From contig JAVBWN010000001.1 in the NCBI GenBank assembly GCA_036677365.1, forward strand, positions 1-64,000: DNA of 64,000 bases. Reading direction: 5' to 3'. Made by a program: the position numbers and the translations under genes. The notes beneath the pieces were generated by a model. It worked only from the letters and a program-made list of their open reading frames with translations. It did no database searches and had not been told where the DNA came from. The DNA comes from Acholeplasma sp. Lineage in GTDB: Bacteria; Bacillota_I; Bacilli_A; Acholeplasmatales; UBA5453. Position 1 is the stretch's first letter, and every line of letters starts with the position of its first letter. Of this stretch, positions 51,474-61,434 are shown piece after piece.

Positions 51474-51833
51474 ATGCAAGCCTTATTCATCGTCTTAAAT
51501 GATTTATCTTACCTAGAACAAATCTTATCCAAATTCTTAGACCTCAAAGTCCGTGGCGCTACCATCATTGATTCTCAAGGGATGGCATCTGCAATCATGA
51601 ATTCAGAAGGACTAAACATGTTGCTTACAGGGCCATTCCAACGCACTTTAGATAACGACCAAAAAGGCTCTAAAACCATTTTCACTGTTATACCAGAACC
51701 AGATAAAGTCGAAGAAGTGGTTGCTGAAGTACGAAAGATTGTTGAAAAATCCAAAAAACAAGTCATCGGATTTATGTTCACTGTCCCAGTGTCGGGCATT
51801 TATCCTATGAAACCAAAATTCATCGAAAAATAA
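51474..51833 (+). CDS. PII-like (GlnB-fold) protein
   Basis: GATIIDSQGM, KTIFTV, GFMFTVPV pattern. Confidence 0.7.
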   Translation: MQALFIVLNDLSYLEQILSKFLDLKVRGATIIDSQGMASAIMNSEGLNMLLTGPFQRTLDNDQKGSKTIFTVIPEPDKVEEVVAEVRKIVEKSKKQVIGFMFTVPVSGIYPMKPKFIEK

Positions 51834-51834
51834 C

Positions 51835-51869
51835 AAAAAGGAATTCATCGTTGTGATGAATTCCTTTTT
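51835..51869. terminator. Bidirectional terminator
   Basis: AAAAAGGAATTCATC...GATGAATTCCTTTTT. Confidence 0.8.
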
Positions 51870-51922
51870 CTATACAATACTGAGCAGATATAACTTGTCT
51901 AATCTATATTCATACTTTGAGT

Positions 51923-54478
51923 TTATTTTCTTATCGTGTCCATCGGATGATGAAGGAAATAAGAATATGTTGGAATTAGAGTTGTTACAAAAAAAATGAT
52001 GATGTTTAAAATAACTAAAATGAATGCGAGATTCCAGTTAAATATGAATAATATGAATCTGAAATCATAGTATTTATACAGAAAGTAATTAACGGATTTA
52101 AAAGTGAGTATGATTGCTAATAAAGATACAATGTATGAAATAACACATATAAACCCACTTTGCACAGCAAAAATCTTTAATATATCAGCAAATGAACTAC
52201 CTAACGACCTAAGTATACCTATGTTTTTGCGCATAATCACAATATTGTTTGTAATATATTGATAGAATAAGAAAAAACTAATCAAGAGCACAACAATACT
52301 CACCAAAAATCCTATCATGGACAAACTCTGAAGTTGGTTATTGAAATGAGCATTTGTTTGGTATATTGGATTCAATATAACAAGAGAATCTGTAGTACTT
52401 AAGGCTGTTAATTGATTATGGCTATCCACTTTAATTAATGCACCTACATAATATTGAATATCGTATTTTAATACCATCTCATTGTAAAAATCATCAGAGA
52501 ACACAATACCATTACTTAAATTTAACGTACTATCATCGTAAAATCCATATAATGAAAATTCTCTGAAACCAAAGATTAAATCAGAAACGCTGACTTTGAT
52601 GGTTGAAATCAAATTATAGTTGTTATTTATAAAGTTTTTGATAGCTTCAATGCGGAAATAATTGTAATCATAACCTGGATGATATGCATTATCAGCGTGG
52701 GTCATTATGTATGTTTTATAAGTTCCGCTTTCGTTGTTTTCAAAATCAGTTTGGATAGATGGGTAGTTTAAGTCGACAAAATTATCAATCAAAACATTCA
52801 AATCATGAACAATCATGTCACCATATGTATTATGCATTTCTATCATCGAAAAAGGTAGTAAAATTTCATTATCGTTTAAATCTCTGTCATTGGATGAAAT
52901 TATCTGTACATCAGATTGTGATAGATATGATTTTTGAAGCATTAGATAAGATTGAAACATTGTTAAATCAGATTTAAAACCCAAATTCATTGTTTGTGGA
53001 AGTCTGTTTTGTTTCACAGTATCTTTCAAAAACACATTATTAAAATAAGATGGACTAAAAAAAGTAATTTGATGTACTTCACTCATAATGACAGATTGAA
53101 GTTCAATCGATAATTGTAAGGTTTCAATATTGTTTTGATTTAAATCTACCTCAGTATAACGAGATGATACAAACCCAGTATCAACAATGCCGACAACAGT
53201 AAAATATGAATCTGATATTTCGAATGCCAATCCTAATAAATCTGAATTCGAACTAATGATGACAGGGTTTTGATTCAGATCCAAAAATGGGTTTTTCTTA
53301 AGAATGTCATATACATGTGCTGTTATTGCAATTTCATCATCATTTTGAGGCAATCTTCCAGCACTTAACTTCCAACCTAAATTGATTAAATCCTCTTGAT
53401 TAATAGAAATTGAACTATTAGATTCATGAATGAATGTATTGTCCTCTGGTGGATTGATAAATCTATAATTTGGTGAAAAATGATTAAAAATAGGGATAGG
53501 ATTACCTGGTAAAGCAATGATTTCATCATACGAACTCGTTCGATAAGGTAATAGACTATCGTCTGAATTCACAAATTTACCAACGACAATAGAGTCATTG
53601 TATGCTCTCATTGCTTGATAAGCATTTGAATCCAATTCGTAGTTTGCAATAGAAAAAGGTAGACCAAAGAGGATTAATGATAATGTCGACATTAAAAGTG
53701 TAATTACTAATTTCATCTTTAACTTATTTATTTGTCTTAATCCTAGGATAGAGACAAATTTGAGAGAAAGTTTACCCTTTTTCATGGTTAAATTATCCAA
53801 AGAATTATGTTCATGTGTAATTGTGTTTCGAATTACCTTACCACCTTCAAGCTCAACAATGTGATCATTAAATTGACGAATTGCATCCATATCATGAGAA
53901 GCAACCACAAACAGTCTGTCTTTGGACAACCGCTTTATTAATTTCCAGACCATTAAACTCGACTCTGAATCTAACGCACCAGTTGGTTCATCAGCAAGAA
54001 CTATGGGTGCGTTTTTTATCAAGGCACGTGCGATAGCAACTCTTTGCATTTGTCCACCCGATAGTGTTTTTGAAAGACGTGTTTCAAAACCTTCCAGGTC
54101 AACAAGGGATAAAATCTCAGATATTTTTCTTGAATCTTCTGGTTGACCTGATAAAATCATTGCTATGGATAAATTATCATAAACAGTGATATCATCAATG
54201 AGGTTATAATCTTGAAATACTAAACTAACTTGAGAACTTCTATACAAATTTTGATCATATTTTGATAATGATGTAACTGAAATGTTCTCATAATCAATAT
54301 TGCCAGAATCTGGTTTATCAATACCGGCGAGCAGGTGTATCAGTGTTGATTTCCCACTGCCCGATTTTCCATAAATGCACACCAGACCTGTTTTTGGAAA
54401 TGATAAACACATATCATTAATTGCTGTGATTGTTTCATTGCCTTGTAAGTATTTTTTTGTTAAGTGTTTTATTATCAT
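51923..54478 (-). CDS. MacB/FtsX-like fused ABC ATPase-permease
   Basis: GKSGSGKS, LSGGQMQR, DEPTGALD; GRLP motif in the extracellular domain; IGILRSLG in the FtsX part. Confidence 0.88.
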   Translation of the reverse strand: MIIKHLTKKYLQGNETITAINDMCLSFPKTGLVCIYGKSGSGKSTLIHLLAGIDKPDSGNIDYENISVTSLSKYDQNLYRSSQVSLVFQDYNLIDDITVYDNLSIAMILSGQPEDSRKISEILSLVDLEGFETRLSKTLSGGQMQRVAIARALIKNAPIVLADEPTGALDSESSLMVWKLIKRLSKDRLFVVASHDMDAIRQFNDHIVELEGGKVIRNTITHEHNSLDNLTMKKGKLSLKFVSILGLRQINKLKMKLVITLLMSTLSLILFGLPFSIANYELDSNAYQAMRAYNDSIVVGKFVNSDDSLLPYRTSSYDEIIALPGNPIPIFNHFSPNYRFINPPEDNTFIHESNSSISINQEDLINLGWKLSAGRLPQNDDEIAITAHVYDILKKNPFLDLNQNPVIISSNSDLLGLAFEISDSYFTVVGIVDTGFVSSRYTEVDLNQNNIETLQLSIELQSVIMSEVHQITFFSPSYFNNVFLKDTVKQNRLPQTMNLGFKSDLTMFQSYLMLQKSYLSQSDVQIISSNDRDLNDNEILLPFSMIEMHNTYGDMIVHDLNVLIDNFVDLNYPSIQTDFENNESGTYKTYIMTHADNAYHPGYDYNYFRIEAIKNFINNNYNLISTIKVSVSDLIFGFREFSLYGFYDDSTLNLSNGIVFSDDFYNEMVLKYDIQYYVGALIKVDSHNQLTALSTTDSLVILNPIYQTNAHFNNQLQSLSMIGFLVSIVVLLISFFLFYQYITNNIVIMRKNIGILRSLGSSFADILKIFAVQSGFICVISYIVSLLAIILTFKSVNYFLYKYYDFRFILFIFNWNLAFILVILNIIIFFVTTLIPTYSYFLHHPMDTIRK

Positions 54479-54823
54479 AGATTCTCCAAACTGGCACTAA
54501 TAAAAGAGATAAGAGACTTTTACATCCTTATTAACCCACTCATCTGATCCCAAGTTACCACTACCTCTATACTTAATTATATAGATATTTGATATTTCAG
54601 CAATAGATTAATTTAGATTAAATAGTTATTCATAAAATAATAATAGTTTCTACTGCGATTTGCTCAAACTTTTCTTATTCAATTTGGTTAACTAGATAAT
54701 GAGAAATTTTATATGATTGTATTTTTCTACATAAATTGCACTTGTTAGACCAATCTATCCATTAAAAAAACAGACGCTTTTCAGGTCTGTTTCAGTAAAA
54801 ATTACTACTAGAAGTCTTAAACT

Positions 54824-56587
54824 CTAGCTTTTTAAGACGTCTTCTAATTGGTCAATCAATTCGTTGAAACGGTTGATGACGGCTAAGAATGTTTGCTTAT
54901 CGGTTAAATCTGCACCAGCAATCTTCGCGATGTCGACTGGATAAGCAGAACCACCTGCTTTTAACATCTTGATGTAATTGGACATGGCGTTTGGTACACC
55001 CTTTTTGACATTTTCATAAATCTTTAAGGATGCACTATAAGACGTTGCGTATTGGTATACATAGAATGGGGTATGGAATAGGTGAGGGATATAAGCCCAA
55101 ACATATTGCTTACCATTTTCTTCTGTAATGTCGATATCATAATAATGCTTGTATAAATCAATCATGATTTTAGATAAAGCACCTTCCGTGATTGGAATGC
55201 CTTTTTCGACCAGTTTGTTCGCTTCATATTCATAAGTAGCGAATAAGGTTTGACGGAAGAAGGTTGCCATGATGCCATCGATTTCATTTTCTAACAAGAC
55301 AATCTTATCTTCTTTAGAAGTTGCTTTGGATAACAAGTAATCACCAAGCAAGTGTTCATTGAAGGTGGACGCGATTTCAGCCACGAAAATGACATAATCC
55401 GCAATCGCCATCGGTTGAGCTTCATTGGAGAAAATCGTATGTGCACTGTGTCCTGCTTCGTGAGCTAGCGTAAATACAGAGTCCAAAGTTTCATCGTGGT
55501 TGAGTAAAATGAATGGGTGCCATCCATAGAAACCACTCGAATAAGCGCCAGTGCGTTTACCATCTTTAGGCAAGACATCGACAAACCCATCTTCTAAAGC
55601 ACGTTTTTCATTTTTCACAAACTCAGGGTCTAAACCTTCAAGGGCTTCAAAGAACATCTTTTTCGCATCCGCATATGGATACTTGGTGTTACTTTCTGCG
55701 AGTTTTAAGAAACGGTCATACGTATGATATTTGTCTAAACCGAGGTATTTTTGTCTGAGTTTAATGTAGCGTTTGATTGGTCCGACATTTTCATAAGCCA
55801 CATCTTTTAAGTTCATGAATACCGATACAGGGATGTTATTACCAAATAACTTTGCTTCTAAAGCGGATGCATAACCTCTGGATTTGTAAGAAGCAGATAG
55901 GTTTTGTAAAACCAAATTATAGAGGTTTGCGAACGCATTTTTATTGTCTTTATAACGTTTGAATGCGGCTTCAAAGACCAATTGACGGTCTGCTGGATTT
56001 TTTAATGTCGGCAAAATCGAGCGGTAGTTCGCGGTCGTGATTTTCATCTTTTCACCGGTCGATAACAACACCTCTTCATCGCTTCGATCGCCAACGGCTA
56101 AGGCATTATACATCGAGGTTGGGACACTAGAAATTGGTGAATGGAACGCTAAGATGCGTTCATTGTCATCCGATAAAACGTGTGCTTGTTGGTGGAATAA
56201 TTTCTCGATCACAAACTTATACGGTTGTAAACGTGGGTCTCTTTCAACAAAACTTAAAATCAAATCTTGACCAGCAGCGATGACTTCAGGTGAAAAATAA
56301 GAAGTCACTTGGCTCAATTTGGATAACTTCAACAATACGCTTTGGTATTTCGAACCCAAAACGTTGTCTCTTAAGTTCAAATCAGCCGCTAAGTGTGCAT
56401 ACGGGTACACCTTATACAATAACTGTGTGATTTCTTCTTCTAAAAGAATATAATCTCTAAACCCTTCAAAGGTCGATAATTTACCTTTAAAGGCACTAAA
56501 TTCATCTATTCTAGACTCGAATAAGTCGACATCTTTTTGCCAGGCTTCAAAATCAGGATAGAATATGGATAAATCCCATTGGCTCAT
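54824..56587 (-). CDS. pepF: Oligoendopeptidase F (M3B)
   Basis: WDLS, KRTGAYS, HEAGHSAH, AEIASTFNE, IPHLF. Confidence 0.95.
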   Translation of the reverse strand: MSQWDLSIFYPDFEAWQKDVDLFESRIDEFSAFKGKLSTFEGFRDYILLEEEITQLLYKVYPYAHLAADLNLRDNVLGSKYQSVLLKLSKLSQVTSYFSPEVIAAGQDLILSFVERDPRLQPYKFVIEKLFHQQAHVLSDDNERILAFHSPISSVPTSMYNALAVGDRSDEEVLLSTGEKMKITTANYRSILPTLKNPADRQLVFEAAFKRYKDNKNAFANLYNLVLQNLSASYKSRGYASALEAKLFGNNIPVSVFMNLKDVAYENVGPIKRYIKLRQKYLGLDKYHTYDRFLKLAESNTKYPYADAKKMFFEALEGLDPEFVKNEKRALEDGFVDVLPKDGKRTGAYSSGFYGWHPFILLNHDETLDSVFTLAHEAGHSAHTIFSNEAQPMAIADYVIFVAEIASTFNEHLLGDYLLSKATSKEDKIVLLENEIDGIMATFFRQTLFATYEYEANKLVEKGIPITEGALSKIMIDLYKHYYDIDITEENGKQYVWAYIPHLFHTPFYVYQYATSYSASLKIYENVKKGVPNAMSNYIKMLKAGGSAYPVDIAKIAGADLTDKQTFLAVINRFNELIDQLEDVLKS

Positions 56588-56821
56588 AATATCAAGTTCC
56601 TTTCAATATTAGTTAATATTATAATACAAAGTGTGGCCAATAGAAACCTACGATGTTTCATAATCCAAAAAAACACACTTGAAATCATACAATTATGTGA
56701 TATACTACTTGAAACCGTTTTCGAATATTGCTAATTAGAAATATTTCGTATATAATAATTAAGCAATCAATAAACACAAAGTGCTATAGGACAACACCTA
56801 TACCCAGAAAGGGGAAAGACC

Positions 56822-57286
56822 ATGATTACAATTTATACTACACCAAGTTGTTCGTCATGTCGAAAAGCGAAAAAGTGGTTAGAGGAACATCATTTGCCAT
56901 ATGAAGAGAAGAACTTATTCTCCAACCGTATCACAGCCAATGATATCAATTTAATGCTCAGGAATGCAGAAAATGGTTTTGAAGACATCATCTCCACCCG
57001 TTCAAAGATTTTTAAAGAACAAAATTTGGATGTAGATGCGATGTCAGTGAACCAATTAAAAGATTTCATCATCGATAATCCAAGTGTTTTAAAACGTCCA
57101 ATCATTTTAGACGATCAAAAGATGCAAGTCGGATACAACGATGAAGAAATTAGGGTCTTTATTCCAAGACGCTTAAGACAACTTGTGATGTGCGCAGACT
57201 GTCCAGCAGGCGAAACCTGTGACTATCAAAGTGCCATCAAACGTTATTTTGAAGAAATCAAAAAAGAACAACAAAAATCCTACTAA
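56822..57286 (+). CDS. spxA: Spx transcriptional regulator with C-terminal Cys extension
   Basis: PSCSSCRKAK, IISTRS, LKRPII, GYNDEEIRVF. Confidence 0.92.
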   Translation: MITIYTTPSCSSCRKAKKWLEEHHLPYEEKNLFSNRITANDINLMLRNAENGFEDIISTRSKIFKEQNLDVDAMSVNQLKDFIIDNPSVLKRPIILDDQKMQVGYNDEEIRVFIPRRLRQLVMCADCPAGETCDYQSAIKRYFEEIKKEQQKSY

Positions 57287-57325
57287 CGATGTCCATGCGA
57301 CATCGTTTTTATTTTCTATTCAGAG

Positions 57326-57377
57326 TGTAAACGATTACAGAAAAGAGATTGACACCGCTAAAAGTATCGCTTATAAT
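57326..57377 (+). promoter_or_regulatory. cre site plus perfect sigma-A promoter
   Basis: TGTAAACGATTACA (57326-57339); TTGACA(57349-57354)-17-TATAAT(57372-57377). Confidence 0.85.
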
Positions 57378-57402
57378 GTGGTTGGTATCGTCATCCAATA
57401 CT

Positions 57403-57474
57403 ATGTCAATCGCAAACCTAGAGCAATCTAGTGACGCAAAGCTATAGGGTCTTTATGAGACAGCCAGTTGCCAT
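57403..57474 (+). ncRNA. c-di-GMP-I (GEMM) riboswitch aptamer, variant with C at position 20
   Basis: CGCAAACCTAGAGCAATCTAGTGACGCAAAGCTATAGGGTCT...GACAGCCAGTTGCC: P2 with a GCAA tetraloop, GACGCAAAG junction and P3. Confidence 0.88.
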
Positions 57475-57504
57475 TTCAGAAGCATTTGTGTGGTAACTTC
57501 ATTT

Positions 57505-57535
57505 AAAGTCTACACAAATGGTGGGGACTTTTTTT
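57505..57535 (+). terminator. Riboswitch expression-platform terminator
   Basis: AAAGTCTACAC-AAATG-GTGGGGACTTTTTTT; competes with the antiterminator 57483-57493/57510-57520. Confidence 0.7.
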
Positions 57536-57617
57536 ATTGGAAAGTCAAAGATTTACATAGATCATATTGATGGCTTCAAATGATTTATGACACACCCCTC
57601 ATAGATGTGAAAACATC

Positions 57618-57648
57618 AAAAAACCACAGGCGGATGACCTGTGGTTTT
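57618..57648. terminator. Bidirectional terminator at the 3' end of guaC
   Basis: AAAACCACAGG...CCTGTGGTTTT. Confidence 0.8.
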
Positions 57649-57653
57649 CTATT

Positions 57654-58736
57654 TTAGTGCCTTGTGTAAATGTCGTTATATTGTCTGTGTACTCGAATGA
57701 ATGTCGTACACTTGGACAAATCTTTGAGTGTTTTCGCACCCACATAAGTACAGGTCGAACGGATACCACCTAAGATGTCTTTCACGGATGTGTCGACATT
57801 GCCTTTGAATGGAATCTTAACGGTTCTACCCTCTGAACTGCGGTAATCCGCAACTTCACCTTTGTGTTTGATCATGGCCGTAGAAGAACTCATCCCGTAA
57901 AACTCAACGAACTTTCTCACTTCATAAATCGGTTCAAAGGTTTTCATATCCTTTTGGTGGGTATCGTGGTACTCGGTAATGACTTTACCGCCACCCTCTG
58001 AGTGTCCAGCAAACATGCCACCAAGCATCACGAAGTCTGCGCCAGCCCCAAAGGCTTTCGCAACATCCCCAGGACAAGTACAGCCACCATCGGAGATGAT
58101 GTGTGCGCCTAAACCATGGGCAGCATCTGCACATTCGATGATGGCAGACAGTTGTGGGTAACCCACGCCCGTTTGAATACGCGTGGTACATACAGACCCC
58201 GGTCCGATACCGACTTTAACGATATCAACCCCACGCAGGATCAGTTCTTGAGTCATATCGGCAGTGACCACATTTCCAGCGATGATGACGTGTTTTGGAT
58301 AATCTTTTCTCACCTTGGACACAAATTCACCAAAAGCCTCTGAGTAGCCATTGGCCACATCGATGCAGATGAATTTTAAAGATGGGTTATTTTCTATGGT
58401 TGTTTTTAGGTTTAAATAGTCTTCTTTAGAAGTCCCAGTAGATACTGCGAAGTATTCAGGGTTCAAGGTAGGTAATGCTTCAGTGATTTGAGTCGGGGTG
58501 TAATTTTTCACCAAACATGTGAATAATTGACGTTCTCCCAAAGCTTTCGCCATTTCAAGGGTCCCCACACCATCCATGTTCGCTGCCATGATTGGCACGC
58601 CAGTCCATGTTTGGGCGGAATGTTTAAAAGTGTACGTACGATTCAAATCGACTTCTTTTCGTGAAGCGAGGGTCGAACGTTTTGGTCTAATCAATACATC
58701 GCTAAAATCTAACTTTTCATCGAGTTCAATACGCAT
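57654..58736 (-). CDS. guaC: GMP reductase (E. coli/eukaryote-like type)
   Basis: MRIE...[43 protein letters not shown]. Confidence 0.96.
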   Translation of the reverse strand: MRIELDEKLDFSDVLIRPKRSTLASRKEVDLNRTYTFKHSAQTWTGVPIMAANMDGVGTLEMAKALGERQLFTCLVKNYTPTQITEALPTLNPEYFAVSTGTSKEDYLNLKTTIENNPSLKFICIDVANGYSEAFGEFVSKVRKDYPKHVIIAGNVVTADMTQELILRGVDIVKVGIGPGSVCTTRIQTGVGYPQLSAIIECADAAHGLGAHIISDGGCTCPGDVAKAFGAGADFVMLGGMFAGHSEGGGKVITEYHDTHQKDMKTFEPIYEVRKFVEFYGMSSSTAMIKHKGEVADYRSSEGRTVKIPFKGNVDTSVKDILGGIRSTCTYVGAKTLKDLSKCTTFIRVHRQYNDIYTRH

Positions 58737-58845
58737 ATATAGGCCTCCCATTAAATTCCATTAACAGTATATACGATTTAGTCCGATTTGTGTGAGGTTT
58801 TCTAAATATAACGGTTTCATGCAAATTAAAAGACCCGTCAAGGGT

Positions 58846-59394
58846 CTAGTTTTTGGTCTTGTAAATACGTTCGCTCTTACGCATCGCTGGTTTGTTTTCG
58901 ATGTGGTGTGTTTCTAAAAAGTGTTCAAAACATTTCTTGCCTAATTCGTAGTTATCGACTTCATATTCCAATTCATAATCGACGTTCCCTGAATATTCAA
59001 TCTTATCAAAGAAGAGTTCGCCATCTTTGTAAGGGGTGGATACACGGTAATTATCCAATGAACCAATCAACTTGACGTCACAATCGATGTCGAAATAGTC
59101 TTTGGTGTTGAATCCAGCTTCAATCATTTGTAAAGCTTGGGCCTCATCTAAAAGCACATGTTGTTCAAATGCCCCTTGATCACTGTGGGATTTGAGTGTG
59201 ACTTTAAAGTAGTTATTGTGCTTCTTACGAATTCTTAATACGGTTTTTTGTTTTCTGAAAAACAAGGATTCCGAATCAAAGTAGTAGTTGGTTTGTTTGA
59301 ATATGTTGTTGTCCAACTCAAACAAACGAATCAGTTCGTTGTATTGTGTTTCAGTTAATGGCGTTTTAAATTCGATTTCGACATTCGTCTTCAT
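58846..59394 (-). CDS. CYTH domain protein (YjbK-like)
   Basis: EIEFK, QTNYYFD, LRIR, YELEYE. Confidence 0.9.
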   Translation of the reverse strand: MKTNVEIEFKTPLTETQYNELIRLFELDNNIFKQTNYYFDSESLFFRKQKTVLRIRKKHNNYFKVTLKSHSDQGAFEQHVLLDEAQALQMIEAGFNTKDYFDIDCDVKLIGSLDNYRVSTPYKDGELFFDKIEYSGNVDYELEYEVDNYELGKKCFEHFLETHHIENKPAMRKSERIYKTKN

Positions 59395-59475
59395 GTTTAT
59401 CACCTGTAACTATTATGAACTATTTGGCCAAAAATATCAAGAACTATGATATATTTATAACTAGGTGATGATACT

Positions 59476-60234
59476 ATGAGATACGCGATTTTACATAAAA
59501 ACAATGCAGAAAGTTTAGACCTTCGTAAACAGCTTTTAGCCCGTTTTGATGGGATTTATGACGATATCAACCCAGAGATCGTTTTCTCGATTGGCGGGGA
59601 TGGTACGGTATTAAATGTCATTTCAAAATACAATCATTTACTCGATCAAATCCTGATTGTTGCGATCCACACAGGCACGATTGGTTTTTATACCGAGTTT
59701 TTACCAAGTGATTTAGACTGTATTCTCGATTTACTCAAAGGTGAATATCAAACCAACCATTTCTCCCTTTTACAATATAAAACCGGTCATCATATGGGTT
59801 ACGCCATGAATGAAGTTTTTGTTTCAGGTTCCCACAAGATGTTAGAAGCGAAAGTTTATATCGATGATATTGAAATCATGAACACCAGAGGCAACGGGAT
59901 TTGTATATCTACACCCACCGGTTCAACCGCCTATAATTATGCTTTAGGTGGGGCAATTGTTGACCACGACATCAAAGCAGTTCAATTGACGCTGGCGGCA
60001 CCATTTGAAACCGTGAAGCACCGTATGGCTTATCCGATTGTACTGTCCGAAAAACACGAGTTCATCATTAAACCGAAAAATGTCGATACCGATATCCAAG
60101 CCGATAGATTTCATCTAAGCCTCTCCAATGTGAAAGAAATCTGTGTAAAAATATCGAATAAAAGTGCGAAGTTTTTAAAGAATCCGAATAATGTCTTCGC
60201 AGTGCGTATCAAAGATACATTTATTGGCGATTGA
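59476..60234 (+). CDS. ppnK: NAD kinase
   Basis: [17 protein letters not shown]. Confidence 0.92.
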   Translation: MRYAILHKNNAESLDLRKQLLARFDGIYDDINPEIVFSIGGDGTVLNVISKYNHLLDQILIVAIHTGTIGFYTEFLPSDLDCILDLLKGEYQTNHFSLLQYKTGHHMGYAMNEVFVSGSHKMLEAKVYIDDIEIMNTRGNGICISTPTGSTAYNYALGGAIVDHDIKAVQLTLAAPFETVKHRMAYPIVLSEKHEFIIKPKNVDTDIQADRFHLSLSNVKEICVKISNKSAKFLKNPNNVFAVRIKDTFIGD

Positions 60235-60352
60235 TAAAACGTTTACATGCTTTTTCATACACACTTACATTGTAAAATGCCTTGTTTTTTGGGCATTAAG
60301 TGATAAAATATCATTGGAAAGAAAAAAACCTATTATAAGGAGGGTTTATTAC

Positions 60353-61366
60353 ATGGCTATTAAAGTAGCAATTAATGGATTTGGTCGTATCGGCCGTTTA
60401 GCATTCCGTTTAATGCACAACAATCCACAATTCGAAGTGGTTGCATTAAATGACTTATCAAGCGCAGATGAATTAGCATACCTTTTAAAGTATGACACTG
60501 CACAAGGTAGATTCCACGGGGATGTCAAAGTTGAAGGAAACTATTTAGTCGTTGATGGTGTTAAATCACAAATCATCGCTGAAAAAGATCCAAACAACTT
60601 ACCATGGGGCGCATTGAATGTCGATGTCGTTCTCGAATGCACAGGCTTATTCTTAGATGAAGAAAAAGCGTCTGCACACATCAAAGCTGGTGCGAAGAAA
60701 GTTGTCTTATCTGCACCTGCAAACACAAAGACCATCAAGACCATCGTTTACAACGTTAACCACAACATCCTAGATGGTTCCGAAACCATCATCTCTGGCG
60801 CATCTTGCACCACAAACTGCTTAGCACCAATGGTTGAAGTATTAGACAAAGCATTCGGTGTTGAATGGGGCTTCATGACTACCGTTCACGCGTACACCAA
60901 TGACCAATCATTGATGGACCAACCACACAAGAAGGGTTATATGACCCGTCGTGGTAGAGCAGCTGCAGCATCCATTATCCCATCATCTACAGGTGCGGCT
61001 AAAGCTGTAGGTAAAGTATTACCACACTTAAATGGTAAATTAGACGGTACTGCATTACGTGTGCCTACAATCACAGGTTCTATCGTTGACCTTTCTGTTG
61101 AACTTAAGAAACAAGTAACTGTAGAAGAAGTCAATGCAGCATTCCTAGCAGCATCCAACGAAACATTAGTTTACACCGCTGACCCAATCGTTTCTGCTGA
61201 CATCGTCGGTTCCGGTTCATCTGTATTTGATGCGAACACCACTCAAATCTTAACCGCAGGTGCAAAACAAGTCGTTAAAGTCATGGCTTGGTATGACAAT
61301 GAAATGACATACACAACCCAATTGATCAGAACCCTTGGCTATTTCGCTGGTTTAATTCAAAAATAA
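60353..61366 (+). CDS. gap: Glyceraldehyde-3-phosphate dehydrogenase (type I)
   Basis: [32 protein letters not shown]. Confidence 0.98.
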   Translation: MAIKVAINGFGRIGRLAFRLMHNNPQFEVVALNDLSSADELAYLLKYDTAQGRFHGDVKVEGNYLVVDGVKSQIIAEKDPNNLPWGALNVDVVLECTGLFLDEEKASAHIKAGAKKVVLSAPANTKTIKTIVYNVNHNILDGSETIISGASCTTNCLAPMVEVLDKAFGVEWGFMTTVHAYTNDQSLMDQPHKKGYMTRRGRAAAASIIPSSTGAAKAVGKVLPHLNGKLDGTALRVPTITGSIVDLSVELKKQVTVEEVNAAFLAASNETLVYTADPIVSADIVGSGSSVFDANTTQILTAGAKQVVKVMAWYDNEMTYTTQLIRTLGYFAGLIQK

Positions 61367-61434
61367 TTCACAACCCATTAAAGACATTTTACTTCGGTAA
61401 GATGTCTTTTTTTCTTCGAAAAAGGCCCTAGTGG

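Noticed and set aside
57219-57431. 70-aa ORF from the track
   Set aside because: It overlaps the end of spxA, the promoter and the riboswitch, and has no RBS.
57580-57657. 25-codon ORF (MIYDTPLIDV...) downstream of the GEMM riboswitch
   Set aside because: It has no SD and runs through the terminator hairpin into the guaC stop. Only Ribo-seq could rescue it.
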